DNA of 64,000 nt from Vitrella brassicaformis CCMP3155. Its lineage: Eukaryota; Protista; Chromerida. A model generated the notes under the pieces. It saw only the letters and a list, made by a program, of their open reading frames with translations. It did not search any database and was not told the DNA's origin. Made by a program: the position numbers and the translations under genes. The stretch lies in NCBI GenBank assembly GCA_001179505.1, contig CDMY01000430.1:1-64000 (forward strand), given 5' to 3'. The first letter of the stretch is position 1. Every line of letters starts with the position of its first letter. Of this stretch, positions 60,400 to 64,000 are shown in pieces.

Positions 60400-60840
60400 C
60401 AGAGACAGCGAGAGAGACGACAATCATGCTCTCATCAAATGTGTGTGTTGTATGTCAGTCTGTGTGTCTCCCTTGGTTACTGCTTTGTGGCGATTGCGGG
60501 CATGTCATTGACGACGTCGACGGCCATTGTGGCCGGGGCGCTCAGAAACAGCGCCACCATCACCCACAGAGCCAGCGGCGAGTCGCACGGAGACAGCCCG
60601 TCAATCGCCAGCACCTAAATGACCCACACACACCTCATCTGGCTGTGTCTCATCTCTCCCTTCCTCTCTCTCTGTGTCGATTTGCCAATCACTCCCTGTC
60701 TGTCTGGCTGTCTAGCTTACGATGAGTGCGACGGCATCAGCGAGAAGGTAGACGATGAATGCGGCGTTTTGGAGGATCACCACCGGGTCGGTCTTGAGCA
60801 CCTCGCCGTACGCCGTCGACGTGCGGGCAATCTCAGCCAT
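59962..60840 (-). CDS. Small multi-pass membrane protein resembling the TM region of plant-type RING-H2 E3 ligases, no RING seen
   Basis: Five exons (MAEIARTS..., PCDSPLALWV, SSLTCQTTAPALWWL, ...NMLAGQK*) with GT-AG boundaries. Confidence 0.55.
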
Positions 60841-61174
60841 CTCTCACACACAAAGAAACAGTCAATGTTTGCTCAGTGCTCACTCACACTTTGGTTGCCT
60901 GGCTTTGTTTGTTTGTACGCAGTCTCGTTTGTACTCACGTGTCTATGTGTCAGGCACGAGTGAGTGTATACGTATGGTGTCAATCAATCGATCGTCAATT
61001 CTAGCTAGGCTAGCTAGCTGTCTTGATCGACCATGACCAACACACACTCACACACACGTGTTCACGCACATGTACATACACATTTTCAGTCAGTCGATAG
61101 TCACTCATTCCTCGCAGACAGACAGACAGACAGACCCCTTCCCTTTATGCTACCTACTGCATGCCCAGCCTCAA

Positions 61175-64000
61175 TTAGTTCGTCCCCTCCTCCACCCGCC
61201 CCTCGTGACCCTCCTCCCCCTGTCCGCCCGCCCCCTCATCTGCCTCTTCTTCTACAGCCAGCCCATTCTCATCATCCCCCGCGGCCGCCGCATCGTCCTC
61301 ACCGTCTGCACCACCACTGCCCCTCTTGGTCTTGAACGACACCAGAGGGCTCGACGACAGCGACCACTCGCCGGGCGACGAGTTGGCCACCGGCGAGCGG
61401 AAGCCGTCCTCCTCAATGCCCTCAGGAACCTCGTCGTGTCGCTGCTCTTCCCCCTCCTCTTGGTCGTGCTGCACGATGGCGAGGCGGCTGCCGCCTGGTG
61501 GCACAAAGGGAGGAGACTCGGAGTAGGTGAGGGAGTCGACACCGGGGGACGCTGCACTCATGTGGCTGCGGCGGCCCTGGAAGAGGGGGGGTGGGGTGGG
61601 CGACGACACGCCCTCGCCTACGACAAACTGATCCGGCTGCTGGACGGCGGCCCCGTGCCCCTCCTCTCCCTTGCCCCCCTCCTGCTGCTGCTGCCACATG
61701 GCGGGTGCATATGGCTTGTGGGGCCTGGGCGGTGTGGGGCTCTCGATGAGGACGCTGCCCCTTTGGCCTTCCTCTGTCACACGGGCCGACTGGGCGAGGC
61801 TGCCCTCAGGCGTCTTGTATGGGTCAGAGGCCGGCAACGGCGAGTTGTCGTCCATGCGGATGGCATCCATGGACAGGGGCGGCACGTCGTTGGGCACGAG
61901 AACGGCTCCCGAGCCGCCGTCACCCCCACTGGCGATACTGGCGATGGGATGGGGGATCGCCACATCGATATCCGAATCCACGGCTGTGCGAGACCCACCA
62001 CCGCCCTCACTCCCCTGCTCGGACAGCGTGTCATCTCGGGGCGTCATGACCTCCATGTGCTCCCTCTTCTTGTCGAGGGCTTCCTTGCCCGCCGCCACAC
62101 CACTGGCACTGGGCTGCTGGCCGTCCCGTCGGCCGGGGGCGGAGGAGGAGCGCTTGGCGGGGCGAAGTGCGAGGGGGCGTGCCGGGAGATTGCCCGCCGT
62201 CATGAGGGGTTTGCCGGCCGTGCGCTGCTGGAAGGCACGCTCCAAACGCCCCACCTCGGCAGCACGCGCAGTCAGCTCACGCTGAACAGAGAGAAAGAAA
62301 GAAAACGGTGCGGGAGTGGTGCACGTCGAGCCGCCCACCATGCCAGCGCACCTACCTCCATTTGTTTGAGCTTGGCGTGTTTCTGACCGAGTCGGCTCCT
62401 CTCGCGCTCGAACTCGGCCTCCTGCAGCTGCACACGCACATACACACAGAGGACACACGGACATCAGCAAGGGCGTGCGTGACGTCTGCCTGACGTACCT
62501 TCCTCTGCTGCTTGAGGGCCTCTTCGTGCGCTTCGAACGACGCCCTGCGGACAAACACGGCCCTTGTGCCTGGTGGTGGTGGTTACATACTTACTGTTTG
62601 CATTCGAGTATGTCTTCTATCTCGAGGCAGCGGTTGACAGTGGCACGGTACTGCTCCAGCGACTCCTGGTGAAAGGAAGAGCAAGACGATCCGCACATAG
62701 GGAGGGTTTGTATGCTTGTGCATGTGCCGACGTGGCGCACCTGGTCGCGCATGAGCTGATCACTGGCCTGCTGCAGCTGCTGCTGACGAACGTCCAACTC
62801 CTCACTCTGATGAAAGGCCGGATGCATCGATAATCCTCAGGTGACAAATACGTGTGTGGTGGTTGTCTGTGTCTCTGGCGTACGCACGGACCAGACCTGT
62901 CTGAGTAGTGCGGCCTCCTTGTCCTTCAGGTCGCTACCGTATGCCTGAAGCTTGTGCTGCACACGCCATATACACACAGACAGTCATGGAATGCAAAAGA
63001 ACACAGCACAGCACACATTAGCCCGTGTGCGTGTGTGTGCCCGCACATATTCGTCTTGGATCGATTTCTTCTTCGCGTTGAGATCCTCCTCCGCCCTGGC
63101 GACTCTACCCTCAGCAGCGGCGATGGCACCCTCTCTCGCACACAACTCAGACTCACGGCCCTGCAGTCCAGTCAGCAGAAAACGACATAACACATTCCCT
63201 TCCCCCATCCATACGTGTGCGTGTGCGTACGTACGTCGAGCCGGGTGTTCTCCTCTTTGAGCTGCTCTAGCTGCACCCGCTGCTCGCCATCCACCCGTTT
63301 TCGGTCCACTTCCAGCGCCTCCAATTTACGACGGACACTAGCCTGACCAATCGACAGACAAGCCATCCACTATAGTATGCCCTCTGAGGGTGGGTATGCG
63401 TCGGTGCTGTGCCCACCTGCGTCTCTTTGAGTTGTTGCTGCTGCTTTTCGAGATCGGCGTCACGCTCATCCAGCCTGATTGACACATTCATTGGGTGGAT
63501 GAGCCAACCAGATGAGAGGGACAATGAATGGGAGGCATTGGGGTGTGTGGGTGTGGGTGTGGATCTGTCCAACGGACAGGGAGGCGCGCTCTGAGAGCTG
63601 CTGGCGACGGGCATCCAAACTGAAGAGGGCAGCGTACAGGGCAATGGACGAATGGATGGACGAGCGGGTGATTGATGGTTGGATGCTGCGGGTGTGGGGT
63701 ACTGACCTGTCCCACTCCTTGGCCAGCCGAGCCATCTCCTGCTGCACACGATCCAACTCTGCGCTGACCTGCACACACACACACACACACACAAGCAACA
63801 TACATCTTCTCCCCCTCGCCCGCGCCCCACCCTTTTCCCACCCACCTGTTCCTCCCTTGTTTCGATGTCCCTTCTGTGTTTCTCCACGTGGGCCCGCTCC
63901 TCCTTGATGGCTGCCTCCAGCCGCTGGTTAGTCTCATGGATCACCGACACGCTATTCTTGTCAGCCTGCACCTGACGCGCCCGCCCGTCTAGCTCCGCCC
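61175..64000 (-). CDS. Coiled-coil protein, 3' portion; continues off the window
   Basis: Many short E/Q/K/R-rich exons, then a long low-complexity last exon ending at 61175. Confidence 0.7.

Overview
Eukaryotic, GC-rich genomic scaffold with GT-AG introns full of CA/GT, GGGA and ATCC microsatellites and four 300-N gaps. The style suggests a chromerid alga such as Vitrella, which is an inference. It has three parts. (1) 1-6.1 kb: part of a minus-strand modular type I PKS (KR-ACP-KS-DH, gap, DH-linker-ER) with no AT domain between KS and DH. (2) About 6.2-46.9 kb: a nested transposon island containing a degenerate LINE with a (GAAC)n tail, a solo LTR, a hairpin-ended repeat family, a 115-bp satellite, a chromodomain Gypsy element, a CRE-like RLE retroelement and a Copia element. 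Inside it is a lower-GC block of three bacterial-type carbohydrate/sulfate enzyme genes: a PF05426 polysaccharide lyase broken by a 314-bp duplication, an arylsulfotransferase pseudogene, and an intact 10-exon secreted GH97. (3) 47-64 kb: host genes for a MORN + Tgs1-like cap methyltransferase, a KOW protein, a 7TM-pseudokinase fusion, a His-rich MerC-like protein, a small membrane protein and a partial coiled-coil protein. The most notable observations are the PUL-like enzyme block, a 4.85-kb insertion with retroelement 3' tails facing outward at both ends whose empty target site is also in the window, and a 28%-GC fragment encoding an RNA polymerase RPB6-like motif.
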